The translations under genes and the position numbers were made by a program. This document shows, one piece after another, positions 24,024 to 35,409 of a DNA stretch of 64,000 nt (the first letter of the stretch is position 1; every line of letters starts with the position of its first letter). Origin of the DNA: Macrostomum lignano (taxonomy: Eukaryota); NCBI GenBank assembly GCA_002269645.1, contig NIVC01000621.1, positions 186,001-250,000 of the forward strand, written 5' to 3'. A model generated the notes under the pieces. That model was not told the origin of the DNA and ran no database searches. It saw only the letters and a list, made by a program, of their open reading frames with translations.

Positions 24024-26559
24024 AAACTATGGTAGGCCTAGGCCTAGACATAAATCAATATAAAATTAAAGACTTAATTAGTCAAAACAAAATGCCAGCT
24101 ATGCAGCTAACATCAATATCAATTAGGCCTAAAGCAAACGATGTGCAACACAACTGTAGCTACTCGCCTTTGCAAGTCTACAGCTGAGCTGCAGTCTTAG
24201 TCTCTGTCTCTTGCCTAGTCTAAGCAATTGCCAATTGTGTCTATTTAATTTGCAAAAATGGACAAATTATTATATAATTAACTTAAAATTAACTTAACTA
24301 AGAAACACGTTCATCTGTTTGAAAAAAAGATACCCTTTTCAGACAACTCGAGTCAAAAACACCAGTCGAACTGTGTCAGCAAAAGTTAACCTTAACAACA
24401 TTTTATAGATTAAAATTATTTGTGTCTTGTGTTGTGTCTAGGGTGTCTACTGTAATGAGGTGAGAGAGGTGACGTCAACATCGGATCCGTTTGCCAATTT
24501 TTAAGGTTTTTTCTAAGAAAGTATACAGATTATAACAGAATCTGCATGAATTCTAAAAAAAAGATGTTATAATGTTTTTTTGTTTATGAACGATAACTTA
24601 AAAACAGTAAGGCAAATAAAATATGAAGCTTTAGAGAACAAAAAGTGCTGTTTAATTCTTAATTTAATATAGGTAAAAAATATTTATATAAGTTAACTGA
24701 CTGACCCGAGCGGGCCGGCCAGGATGTAAATATTTGAAGAAGACTTGAGTCACAAAATAACTCACATGTCTAAAGGACCTACATTTTAATGTTTAGCCAT
24801 AGGCCTATAAAGTTGTTAGTTATACAATTCTTATGCAAAATTATAGTTCTAATTCTGGGAAGTGTGTATTCTTGGACATCGTATTTGTATAGCCCCCCCC
24901 CTACGTACTAGGCCGCCTAGGCCAATGTTGGACTTGGACCTTGGCTAGGACCCACCGTTTTATTATTGATAGGCTGGTATGGTAGGCCTTAAGTAAGAAA
25001 AACTCTTATTTAGGTCTAGGGAGGCTAGCTACTTCTTATAACTATAAGTCCTATGCCTACAAAGTACAAATTGATCTAACAAATGATCAAATGCCTAGCC
25101 TATAGCTAGTCTAGGTCTATAGGCATAGGCCTAGGCCTAGGCCCTACTTGACTATTTAGACTTTGGCAAGGCCAAGAACAAGAAGTAGGCCTAGGACAAG
25201 GCTACACTTACAGTATACTTAGTCTTAAGAGTTTTACTACATTAGGCCTAGTTATAGCAATTTATGAATTTAGACAAGCCAATAGATAAATAAATACAAT
25301 ACAATAGATAATAAGATAAATAAATAGATAAATCTCTGTTACCAAATTTATTTGTTGCCAAATTGGTCAGCATCCATATTGAAAAGGGCCTTGAAGTTCC
25401 ATGCATGGCCCTGAAGCAAGCCTTAGTATGGGCCTATTTGCTCTCTATGTTGTTTGTATGACATCTAGGTTGGTAAGATCAATTTGAAGTTTAGTCAATG
25501 ATTTATAGTCAAGTGGTTGGGTAGCTAGTTATAAGCCTACCACTTGTCTGTGATGAGATGCAACCTAGATAAAATATACTATTGCACAAGTGGCAGGATA
25601 TTGGTTGCACTATGATCCAATATAGCCATCATCATACATACAATGGTTAGAGCCCCTTTTAATTATCTCTACAACCTATTAACATGGTAAATATTAGTCT
25701 TGGTAGTTCTTGCAGTGAAAGAAATAGCTTTTATTAATTCTAATATCAACAGTAGGCTCTTTTAGCTGTAATAGATAGTATTATAGTCTTGTACTAACTG
25801 CAGATGTCCTGGGTGAAGTTTTGCTAGTCCACAATTGTCTAAATAGCAATGTTTTTGCAATGCTGCCAAGTATTTTCCTACTTGGCATACATAGCCCACT
25901 AGTAAATAACGTTGATTAGCTAGGTCATAGGCAAATGACTGGCCTCAAAGAAGGATCCCTTTTGGATTAATGCTTATGTCTAGCATTGAAAGCATGCCTA
26001 GTAGCAGCTATTAGTGAAAGAACCATTTTCCTATTTTGGTAGCTACATTGTCGGTTGACCATGCATGCAAGATTTCATTCTTGCACACTTATGCATGCAG
26101 GATGTCATTCCTGCACAAGCTTTATTCATGCGATTTATTCAAGATGTTCAGCAGTAACATGTCAAAAGCTTTTCAGAAACAGTTTATTTTAATGTTTTAT
26201 AAAACCAAATTAAAAAATAAACAAATGCCATTACAGGGTGTCTGTGCTAAGTTAAATTTCATTTTCCAGGTTTTCCCAGCATTGAAACTGAAAATTAACA
26301 AATGGATTTCATAAGAAAATATAGATGCAGTCCTGCTAGTTAAAGTGAATCTCAACTACATTGGTGTCATCATGACTCATGAGCAACTATTTTCATTGTC
26401 TTGTGACCATCAGCTTGGATTTGAATCTTTTCCGTGTCACCAGCTTCTCTGGTGGCCACCAATGGCATGGATAAAGGGCTTGAGAAGCCAGTCATTTGAC
26501 TGGCAAGTGACTCCATTAGGCAGGTGCTGATCTGTGCCATTTTGCTCTCTCTCTTTTTC

Positions 26560-28990
26560 CCCTAATGGATGTGGCGCTCAACTGAAGTGCTGACCTGCGG
26601 AAGGAAGCATTTTTATAAAGAAATAGTGAAGTAATGTACACAATACACATGTACACTCATATATTGCATATGATTTTAATTTAAAAAAAATATGCATAAA
26701 CTCATTTTATTTAGTTTGACTTACCTTGTGCCCCATTGCCTTTGCGATTGTCTCAACAGCAACGCCAGCTTCATGCAGTTTGGTGACCACAGTTACAGGG
26801 ACACAATAAGCAGTGTAAGTCTTGGAAAGTCTAGCACTGGCCAAAATTTGCTTCAGCATCGGACTAAGGCTGTTCACACCAACTGGCTGCTTGGTGTACC
26901 AGAGTCCACCCTATCTGATGACAGCTTTTGGTCTCAGAAAATAATCTTTACCATTCCACCCAGGAACCTTGCAAATCTTGGTGCAATATAGTCGGAATGC
27001 CTCAACAAGACAGCATGAAGAACCTGGAATTGCCACCATTAAAGCCTCTGTTGTCATTGCTCTCTTTGATGGCGAGTGAGCCACAAACATTCTTGCTAGC
27101 ACTAGTCTTAATGAGTACCACTGTGGTACCATTTGCTAGACAAACTTCTTTGAATGAGTCCATGGTTAGGCCTCTGATCCACTTATGACCACAATTCCCA
27201 AAGTAGTAAAGAATATTAAAGTAAACCTCATTCTGAAGCTGAATAAGATCTTACCTCAGAAAGTAGTCAGTGAGTTTACATAGATTTTCAGCTTCTATGA
27301 GTAAATCACTAACATGTTGAATTCAACCCCTATTACAAATAAAGGTGCTACGGACATGCTTCAAGGTCAAATAATTAGCATTGTGGAATTATGGCTTAGC
27401 AATGATGTTCAACCCTCAAAGCTTCATAAAATGACAAAACAGCCTGGCCTGTAGACCCACTAGTATATTCGGCAAATAGTAGCTTCCATTTGGCTTCTTC
27501 ACTTTTCAGTGATGCATAAAAATAGCAAAGGATTTTTGTAATCTTCACATAGGTGCTGTCATACATGCGCAACAGTTGGCCAAGTCAGCCGATCTGGCCG
27601 ACTGATTTGGTGGCCAACCAAGAAAGTTGCAAAAATGCCCACCCAAAAATACAAAAAAAAATAAAGTAGTAGTAGGCTCATTCCATATAAGCATGGTCGT
27701 AACATGACAGGTTATTTTTACTTATAAAATGAAATCTAATAATAGAATATACTAAACCAATATTTTAAATGAAAGATTATTTTGTCTAGAATATATTTAT
27801 AGAGTTTCATATAGATATCATCATTAGTATAGATGCTATTAAACCTTAAATGACACTTATGGTCGTAACGACAGGATTTTCGACATATAGAAACTAAAAG
27901 GTAAAAGTCTTATAACATTTTTCATTTTTGATATTTTGCAATACATTTTTAAAATTTGACTAAGAACATCTTTAGAAATCATACTCTTTTATTAGAATAT
28001 ATAAACTCAAAAGGCAACAAAGATACAAAAGAAAAGGCAGCCTTATGGTCGTAACATATTTTTTTCTGTCAATTCAGTAACTTTGAGGTACTAATACATT
28101 AAAAATATAATAGATTATTTGGTCACCAATGCTTTTATCTGATGATGCAAGTACTATACTTTTATCTATAGTTTGTTTCAACCTTCAAAAGCTTTCTATT
28201 TGTTTTTAAAAGGTACAAAATCTTAATGATGTCTTTTGCTTTGAAAAATGTCCAAATTTTTACAAAAATGACTTTTTGCCAATTGATAACATACTAATCC
28301 AATATTTTACCATTCCTTTATTCTTAGATTGTATATATTGCACAATATAAACATTTGGTAAAAAAATAGGCTAATTAGGCAATGGCAAGCAAAAATATTG
28401 ACTTTTTTCTATTTTCCAAATATGTCCATCTTATATGGAATGAGCCAGTACTAAGTAGCTGATGAGGCATTTTGACTTAATAAGACAGTCATAGTTACGC
28501 CTGCCATTTACCCAAAGTTGCATTAATTTTGCCTTAGGGTTTTTTACATGTAAGTTGCATTTTTGGCCAAAAACTACGTCTCATTTTTGTTAAAACTAAG
28601 TTGCATGGCCGACCAAATTTTGGAGGTTGTGCTTGTATAGGTGCTGTCTTGAAATTCATTTGGAGTTTCTTTTCCAGTAGCCAAGCATTGTAGTGCTGGA
28701 TAGCAGCCATCTCTTTTGCAATGCTGGACTTGCACTAGTTGTCCTTCTGCAATTGTATAGCTACACTTTCTAGCTCATCTAAGTTGCATAGCTTCTCCGG
28801 GTCTGCGTCTATCAGTTCTTGCAAGCCATTGCTATAAGCCACATCCAAAATGGGACTCTTGATTTCCAATCTTTGCATTTCTCTCTCCAGATTGCTCACT
28901 ACAAAAGTGATATATATCTCGTCACGGGACATACTAGCTATTTCTGCAAACTGCATATCAATCAGTGGTGGCAAAAGATCATGATTTACG
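26560..28990 (-). mobile_element. Degenerate Crypton-type tyrosine recombinase (DUF3504-like), intron-containing, interrupted by insertions
   Basis: Minus-strand pieces: ELESVAIQLQKDN*CKSSIAKEMAAIQHYNAWLLERN (~28650-28780); KTSASKNVCGSL and MVAIPGSSCCLVEAFRLYCTKI...YFLRPK...*GGLWYTKQPVGVNSLSPMLKQILASARLSKTYTAYCVPVTVVTKLHEAGVAVETIAKAMGHK (26725-27130); GT-AG intron 26595-26724; then VSTSVERHI. It contains stops and frameshifts. Confidence 0.7.
27675..28446. mobile_element. Non-autonomous TIR element with a 4-bp TSD nested in the Crypton relic
   Basis: Perfect 17-bp TIR ggctcattccatataag / cttatatggaatgagcc; agta on both flanks (27671-74, 28447-50); internal atggtcgtaac motif three times. Confidence 0.8.
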
Positions 28991-30749
28991 AGGGCAGCCA
29001 TTTATCTTGGATGACAAAGAATAGACAATTAAAGCAACATGTAAAAATAGAAGCTCAACAACAATGTGCAGTATATTTAAATTTCAAAGTTAGAGAGGTG
29101 GGGGCTCCTTTTACGCTCATAAAACTGGCATTGCGTTGTGGAGATAAGAGAACTGATTGTGAGGTAAGAACTGAGGACTGATAGATAAATTAGACAGTAT
29201 ACTATCGTGGAATTTAATGAACTTCTTTAGGCTGTCTCACTTATGGTATATTTCATAGCCATCAATTATCAATCATTCCCTAGACCCAACTAGACCCTCA
29301 CTGCGTCTGCCATAAAATATTTCTTACCTTTAGCTGCACCTCTCTGTCTGACACCCCTTTCCGTGCACAGCTAGCCCTAAAAATAAGTTAATTTGTCTAT
29401 CTAGACCTTATCCAATCGATTGCTGTAGCTCTGGTCAGATTCATACCAGAGAGAGAGGGAGCCCTTTTATATAGTCAATTATTTTGATATGTGCAGCATT
29501 TTGATAAAACTTCTTAATGTTAGTATACGGGGGTTCTGCCCCTTGACCCCTCTCTGAGCACTCATTCAAATTTATGATGCAACTTAATAGTCAATTGACA
29601 GTGGGATTCCAACATGCCAACTCGTGCATCAATGGCAAAAGCACAAGTGCGCTTTGCTTCATGCACTTGTGCTTTTGCCATTGACACACTCATCAGTATA
29701 CTGGAATCATTCATTGATAGCTGCCTAGGATAGGTGGCACAGCATTGTCGGTTGGCCAGTAGGTGGTACATAGCCAACTAATAAATCATCACTTTGTTGG
29801 TGGCTATTATTATAATCGAATTGCACATTGTTAGGTTAAAGTTGCATAGGTCTGCTGCAGGTTATGTATCTGCAATAGGGATTAAAGTAGTGGTTATAGC
29901 AGTGTGTCTAACCATGATTAAAGAAGAGTTATTGATCAATATTAACAAAGTAAGCTAGGCAAAAAATCTCTTAGAATCCTAGACCCTTTCCTCCCTTCTC
30001 TTTCCTTTTCCTCTTTTTTCTCCAATTTTATATCAAGTTTGAAGTCTTTATGTGGAGCAAACTTATGGCAGCTAAATTTAAGCCAATTTAAAACCTCTTA
30101 CACATCTAGGCCAAGATTAGGAAGGAAAATGTGAGCAAAGTTTAAATTGGCTTTTATGACAAAAAAGCAAACTAGCTTCAAAAGTACATAACATCAATCA
30201 GGATTAACTTTGAGACTTGAATTTTACAAAATTGTGTCTAACTAGTTGAAGACTATTTGTGTCAAATTTAAAGATAATTGGTATTAGTGGAGTAGCACTA
30301 TGAAGGATTTAGTGAAAAATTGCACTTTTTGTCCATTTTTTTGCACTTTTAGGTAAGAAGACAATTTTTAGTATATGGAAGTCTTAAACTTAGGAAATTC
30401 TAAGGTAACCTAAAGATAGTTTAGGGTAGATACAAAATTTGTTGTAATAAAATAAAGTTGTTTGGAAGTCTATATATAGCAAAGTAATTTAAACACTAAC
30501 ATACAGAAACAGTTATTATTTTTATAGATACATGTAAATATAAAATTTAAAATAAATGGTATTATATTATATTATATATTATGAAACAGATTTCTAATTT
30601 CTATAATGGTAAACCAGCTTTTTTCTAACATTGCAATTAGTCTAGTTGAAAACCAAATAAGAAAATAAATTTAAATAAGTTAATTTTCTTTTGCATTGGC
30701 TTAGATACAATATACCCTAGGCATCTGGATATAATAGGAAAATGTTGCT

Positions 30750-31050
30750 ACCTATTCTATTAAGCCTAGGCAACCATAGGTAGTTATTGTTTTTTTCTCC
30801 AGGGGCATCTGACAGTAGTAGTGTCTGCTACTTGGTCCCCTATGCAAGAGTTGTGGAGGTAAATAGTTGCTTGTCTAGTAGCCTTTAACTGGTAGAATTC
30901 TTTAAAGCAAACATCTAGGTAAGCAAAGATGGATCATCACTAAAAGAATGGGTATTTTTCTTAGTGGTAGAAATGCCCAAGATGGTCATGGCTACCATCC
31001 TGATGTCCTTGAGGTTGAGTCCAAGTATAGTGCTGTGATAGGCAAATAAA
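30750..31050 (-). mobile_element. Possible highly decayed LTR-retrotransposon (Gypsy-like) RT fragment
   Basis: Frameshifted minus-strand pieces KNTHSFSDDPSLL / SIFAYLDVCFKEFYQL / TTVRCPWRK...LPM weakly follow RT motif order. Confidence 0.3.
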
Positions 31051-31542
31051 GGATAGAGGACAACTGCCTAGGATTGCTATCAGTTGAGGCATTCATTAGC
31101 CCACTTCTCCCTGTGTCTACATGTCACCTTCTGGCTAATCTGAGGGGCGACAATGCAATGGGAGTAGGGGCCACACACAAGGGACCAGAAAAATACTTAG
31201 TCAAGCCAGCCCCCCCCCCCAACCCTAGTCAGGCCATCAAGCAACCTGTTGTAAAGGATTTTTGACTTTTTGCTAAACTGTGGCAACAAAAATCATTTTT
31301 TCTTAGCTTTTGGGTCAGCTGCAGAACTAACATTTCTGTTCTAGTCAAAACTAAATTGAATAGCCAGTGTAATTTTAGAGGTTGCTTTGTGTCAATTTTG
31401 CTAGGCTACTTAAAAAAGGAATTGTAGTAAGTAGCATTGCTAATCATGCTAACCTAAAATGCCATTTTTTTACCAATTCTATCCTTCAGCTTATTGCTAA
31501 CAGATTAAAGTTATAATAAAAACACTGAAACCAATTGTAACC

Positions 31543-32460
31543 ATGTCTGCTGATCAGCCTTTGAAAAATTATCCTAATGAAGTTGAGGTGCAGCCGCCTC
31601 CATATCCGGCAGAAGCTTACACTGACTGTCCGCAAAAGGCTGGCGCTGCTCAGGCTCAGGGCTCGGGTACAGGGGGCATAAAAAATGAAGGCTTTAGTAA
31701 CCAGCCTGGATCTACTGGTGATGTGGAATCTGGCGCCACCAATGAAGTTGGCGAATTCGCTATCCGCGGCCTCGACAATAAAGAGATCCGCCGGGGCTTC
31801 ATACGCAAAGTCTATCTGATACTGTTTGCCCAACTGTTGGTCACCTTCACTGTTGTGATCATTTTCTCGGCTGTGAAACCTGTGAAACAATTTGCCAGAT
31901 CCAATCTGTGGCTGTTCCACGTGTCCTACGGAATCTTTATTATCATGTACTTTGCTCTGGTCTGCATTACACCGCTGCGTCGTAAATTTCCTGGCAATTT
32001 TATTTCTTTGGCCATCTTCACGGCTAGCTTGTCCTTCATGACTGGAGTTATTGCTTCGTGCTATCAGACTAACACGGTGGCCGTGTGCCTTGGCGTCACC
32101 GCCGCCGTGTGCCTTGGCGTCACCCTGTTCGCTGTGCAGACTCGCTACGACTTCACCATGTGCAGCGGCTTGCTGTTCGGCTTCAGCCTGGTGGTGTTCC
32201 TGTTTGGACTGTCCTGCTTGGTCACCTTCTTTGTGTACAGGGGCGATCCGAATTTCTCAATGACCGCCAAGATTCTTGACTGCGTCTATGGCGGCCTGCT
32301 GGCGTTGCTGTTCGTGCTGTTCCTCATCTTCGACACCCAGCGCGTTGTCGGCGGTCGTAGGCACGATCTATCCGAGGAGGAGTACGTCTACGGAGCTATG
32401 CAGATCTATGTAGATGTTGTCTACATCTTTCTCATACTACTTGGCTTCAGTCGTCAGTAG
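31543..32460 (+). CDS. Lifeguard/TMBIM (FAIM2/GRINA-like, Bax inhibitor-1 superfamily), 305 aa, intronless CDS
   Basis: Pro/Tyr-rich N-terminus (PPPY), IRRGFIRKVYLILFAQLLVT, RRKFPGN, FAVQTRYDFT, LIFDTQ and EEYVYGAMQIYVDVV with both gating Asp residues; multiple TM segments. Confidence 0.95.
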   Translation: MSADQPLKNYPNEVEVQPPPYPAEAYTDCPQKAGAAQAQGSGTGGIKNEGFSNQPGSTGDVESGATNEVGEFAIRGLDNKEIRRGFIRKVYLILFAQLLVTFTVVIIFSAVKPVKQFARSNLWLFHVSYGIFIIMYFALVCITPLRRKFPGNFISLAIFTASLSFMTGVIASCYQTNTVAVCLGVTAAVCLGVTLFAVQTRYDFTMCSGLLFGFSLVVFLFGLSCLVTFFVYRGDPNFSMTAKILDCVYGGLLALLFVLFLIFDTQRVVGGRRHDLSEEEYVYGAMQIYVDVVYIFLILLGFSRQ

Positions 32461-32719
32461 GAGATTGTGCATGTTCGATAAAGTTAACATTTTTAGCGAC
32501 GAGATTGCGCCCAATAGATGATGGACTTAAAAATGATTAGAGAAAGAGAAACAAACAAAAAAACATAAACGTCTTAATGTTGTATCATTATAATATACAG
32601 TCCCGCATCGTTCTAGAGACTGTGAATTGATCTTGTTAAAAACGTATTTTATTATTAGTTGTCTAAGCTGTTTGGTCCTATAATAGCCTATCGTATAACA
32701 CTCGTATAACATCGTATCG

Positions 32720-34042
32720 TATAACACGTCCAAATCTGGACGTCTCTAAATGTTTATATTTCGTGGCGTTATAAACAGGATAACCAAACTTTTTAACAGG
32801 GAAATATTCAACAAGAAACAGGAATCATCATAGAGTTAACAATAAGCCGATTAAAAGCCATCAGCGCGCGCCCTGCGAATCTGCGACTTGACCTGTCCCA
32901 TCATGTGATGTACAACGGACCAGTCCATCTCCCTCAGGCATTTCTTGATTCTGTTCTCCAGCTGCTGAAGTGTCTGAGCCTGCCAACTATGATGGTACAC
33001 CTGCTGCTTCAAAATGCCCCAAAAGTGCTCGATTGGACGAAGGTGAGGCACGCAGGGAGGATTCTGCTCCTTCGAGACAAAGTTGATGTCCAGCTGCTGG
33101 AACACCTCGATCACGTCCTTGGCGTAATGGCAGGAGGCCAGATCTGGCCAGAACAGGTAATTTCCATCGCTGTGCTGCTCATTGAGAAATGGCACCAGCC
33201 GCTTGCGAATGCACTCGTTTGCGTACAGCTCCTTGTTCATCGTCTTGGAGTGACACATGTACACTCGCGAAGCCCCATGCCTGCTGATGGCCAGCCACAC
33301 CAGGATCTTGTCGCCGAACTTCTTTTGAGGTGAAACGCGCTTCTCAACAGGAGCGTCGCCGCGTGCAGTGGCATAGTAGAAGCTGTTGCCAGGAATCGTT
33401 TGGCTGGACATGTGGAAGTACGACTCATCATCGATAACGAAATCCAAGTCGCCTCCGCGTCCGTCCAAGATGGTTCGGTACAGTCTGCCAACACGCACCT
33501 GCTGTCTCTCTCGCTCTCTCCGGTACTTTCTCCTTCTTATAAGCTTTCAGGCCATTTTCCTGAAGAATTTTCCCCACATAAGCTTGGCTGATGTCAAACT
33601 TGCGCGCGATCTCCCGCTGCGACAGTCCTCGTTGCGCGTCCTTCACGATGTTCTTCACTTCCGCGTTCGTGACCTTGAGCTTCGTCCTGTGGCAGCCTGA
33701 ACCAGCACTGCGCAGCACAGATTCTTTGCCGCCTTCTTCTTCCCAACGATTCAGAATGGCGTAGACTGTGGAGCGTGCCACCCCAACCTCAGCGAAGTAC
33801 TTAGCAATGGCATGGTTGCTCTGTCCGGGGTGCTCAGTTTTGTACTGTACGACCAGGCGTCTGCGCTGCTCTTCGTTAAGTTACTGCATGGCTCGTTAGG
33901 GTTTGAGCTGCTAGTTTTGCTGCTGCAGAACTGATAGCTAGTGAGTGTGAGAGCATCTCAGTAAGTTTCTGGCTTCATAGCAGCTAGCAGCCGCTGTCTA
34001 TGGCCTAAACTCGGAAAATCCAGATTTTAAGTGTTCACCCAG
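32720..34042 (-). mobile_element. Tc1/mariner-superfamily DD37E (ITmD37E/TRT-like) transposon, inactivated
   Basis: Transposase ATG at 33889, stop at codon 3, frameshift near 33510, end at 32851. Motifs are IDDESYF, FWPDLASCHY and NPPCVPHLRPIE, with 37 residues between the second D and the E. One clean terminus ...gattttaagtgttcacccag|TA at 34042; the other end is degraded (aaatctgga near 32732). Confidence 0.88.
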
Positions 34043-34819
34043 TATGTAGCTGATTAAGCATTAAATTTTACTAACATTTTTTATTAGGTGTTATTTGTGT
34101 CTGATCAGTTCGCGTTTTTAAAGTCTTCTCGGATTCTAAATATTAGCCTCTCTATCGTACCAATGCCGTTGTAGTCATCAATACTAACGTCAATGATCCC
34201 TAAAAGTACAGGGGTAATATATTGTAAGCACGCTTGATTATAGAATCTTTCTAGAAGCCATATTAACCGACCATCATGCAATTTGAGCAGAAAAAGTGCT
34301 TTGAACGTGTTCCTGTTTAGCAGGTCTTTGTTTAACAAATTCATCCCAGTATCTTTGTTTTATCAATTTCGTTTTTTTATAAAAAAAACTACTCAGCTTT
34401 AGATATTGTATATGTAATTTTTGCGCCTATTGCAGCACACTTTTATGAGTGAATTTTTTTATCCAAACCTATCGATTGATTCGCTTATCCAGTTAGTTAA
34501 CTGTCCATGTTATAAATTGTTAACAGAAACGCAGTTTTTTCTGGAATATTCAAACGCTTAATACACAGCTCTATATTTTTTGTTGTTTTTTGTCAGGCTC
34601 CTGTCTTTTGTGTTTGAGACCTCTGTGCGTGTTTTTTGTTAAAAACAGACACCGCCGTACTGTCAATAAACAATATAAATAGTCGCTTTACCCTTCGTAA
34701 TTATTGTTGCATCCAAAAATTCATTGGTTGACGTTTCTGTTTACTTGCTCTGTCAAAATTTTCTATTTTATAGTGTCATTCGGCTGTACTTACCACATTG
34801 TCTTCGGGCTTTTGTTTCA

Positions 34820-35345
34820 CCTTCCCAGATCCTCAGTTGCTGGGGCCACCAGCCTCCCAGATCCTCAGTTGCTGGGCCAGCCTCCCAGATCCTCATCTAC
34901 TGGGCCAGCCTCCCAGATCCTCAGTTGCTGGGCCAGCCTCCCAGATCCTCAGTTGCTGGGCCAGCCTCCCAGATCCTCATCTGCTGGGCCAGCCTCCCAG
35001 ATCCTCAGTTGCTGGGCCAGCCTCCCAGATCCTCATCTATATAGATATCTATATCTATATAGCCTCCAATATTCTCAGTTGCTGGTCCAGCCTCCGATAT
35101 TCTCAGTTGCTGGGTCAGCCTCCCAGATCCTCATCTGCTGGGCCAGCCTCCCAGATCCTCATCTATATAGATATCTATATCTATATAGCCTCCAATATTC
35201 TCAGTTGCTGGTCCAGCCTCCGATATTCTCAGTTGCTGGGTCAGCCTCCCAGATCCTCATCTACTGGGCCAGCCTCCCAGATCCTCAGTTGCTGGGCCAG
35301 CCTCCCAGATCCTCATCTGCTGGGCCAGCCTCCCAGATCCCTAGC
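34820..35345. repeat. 28-bp minisatellite (cagcctcccagatcctcagttgctgggc) upstream of the second Lifeguard gene
   Basis: Tandem copies plus a ~125-bp block duplication containing tatatagatatctata; same unit as 47365-47785. Confidence 0.93.
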
Positions 35346-35409
35346 CTTGCTGTGTGGACAATATTGTTTGAATTTTAAGTCCTCCAGAGAAAAAAAATCT
35401 ATCTTCCAG

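Noticed and set aside
25300-26000. Possible ancient LINE RT remnant (CFRAMHGTS-like) on the minus strand
   Set aside because: One weak motif among many stops; not supportable without an HMM search.
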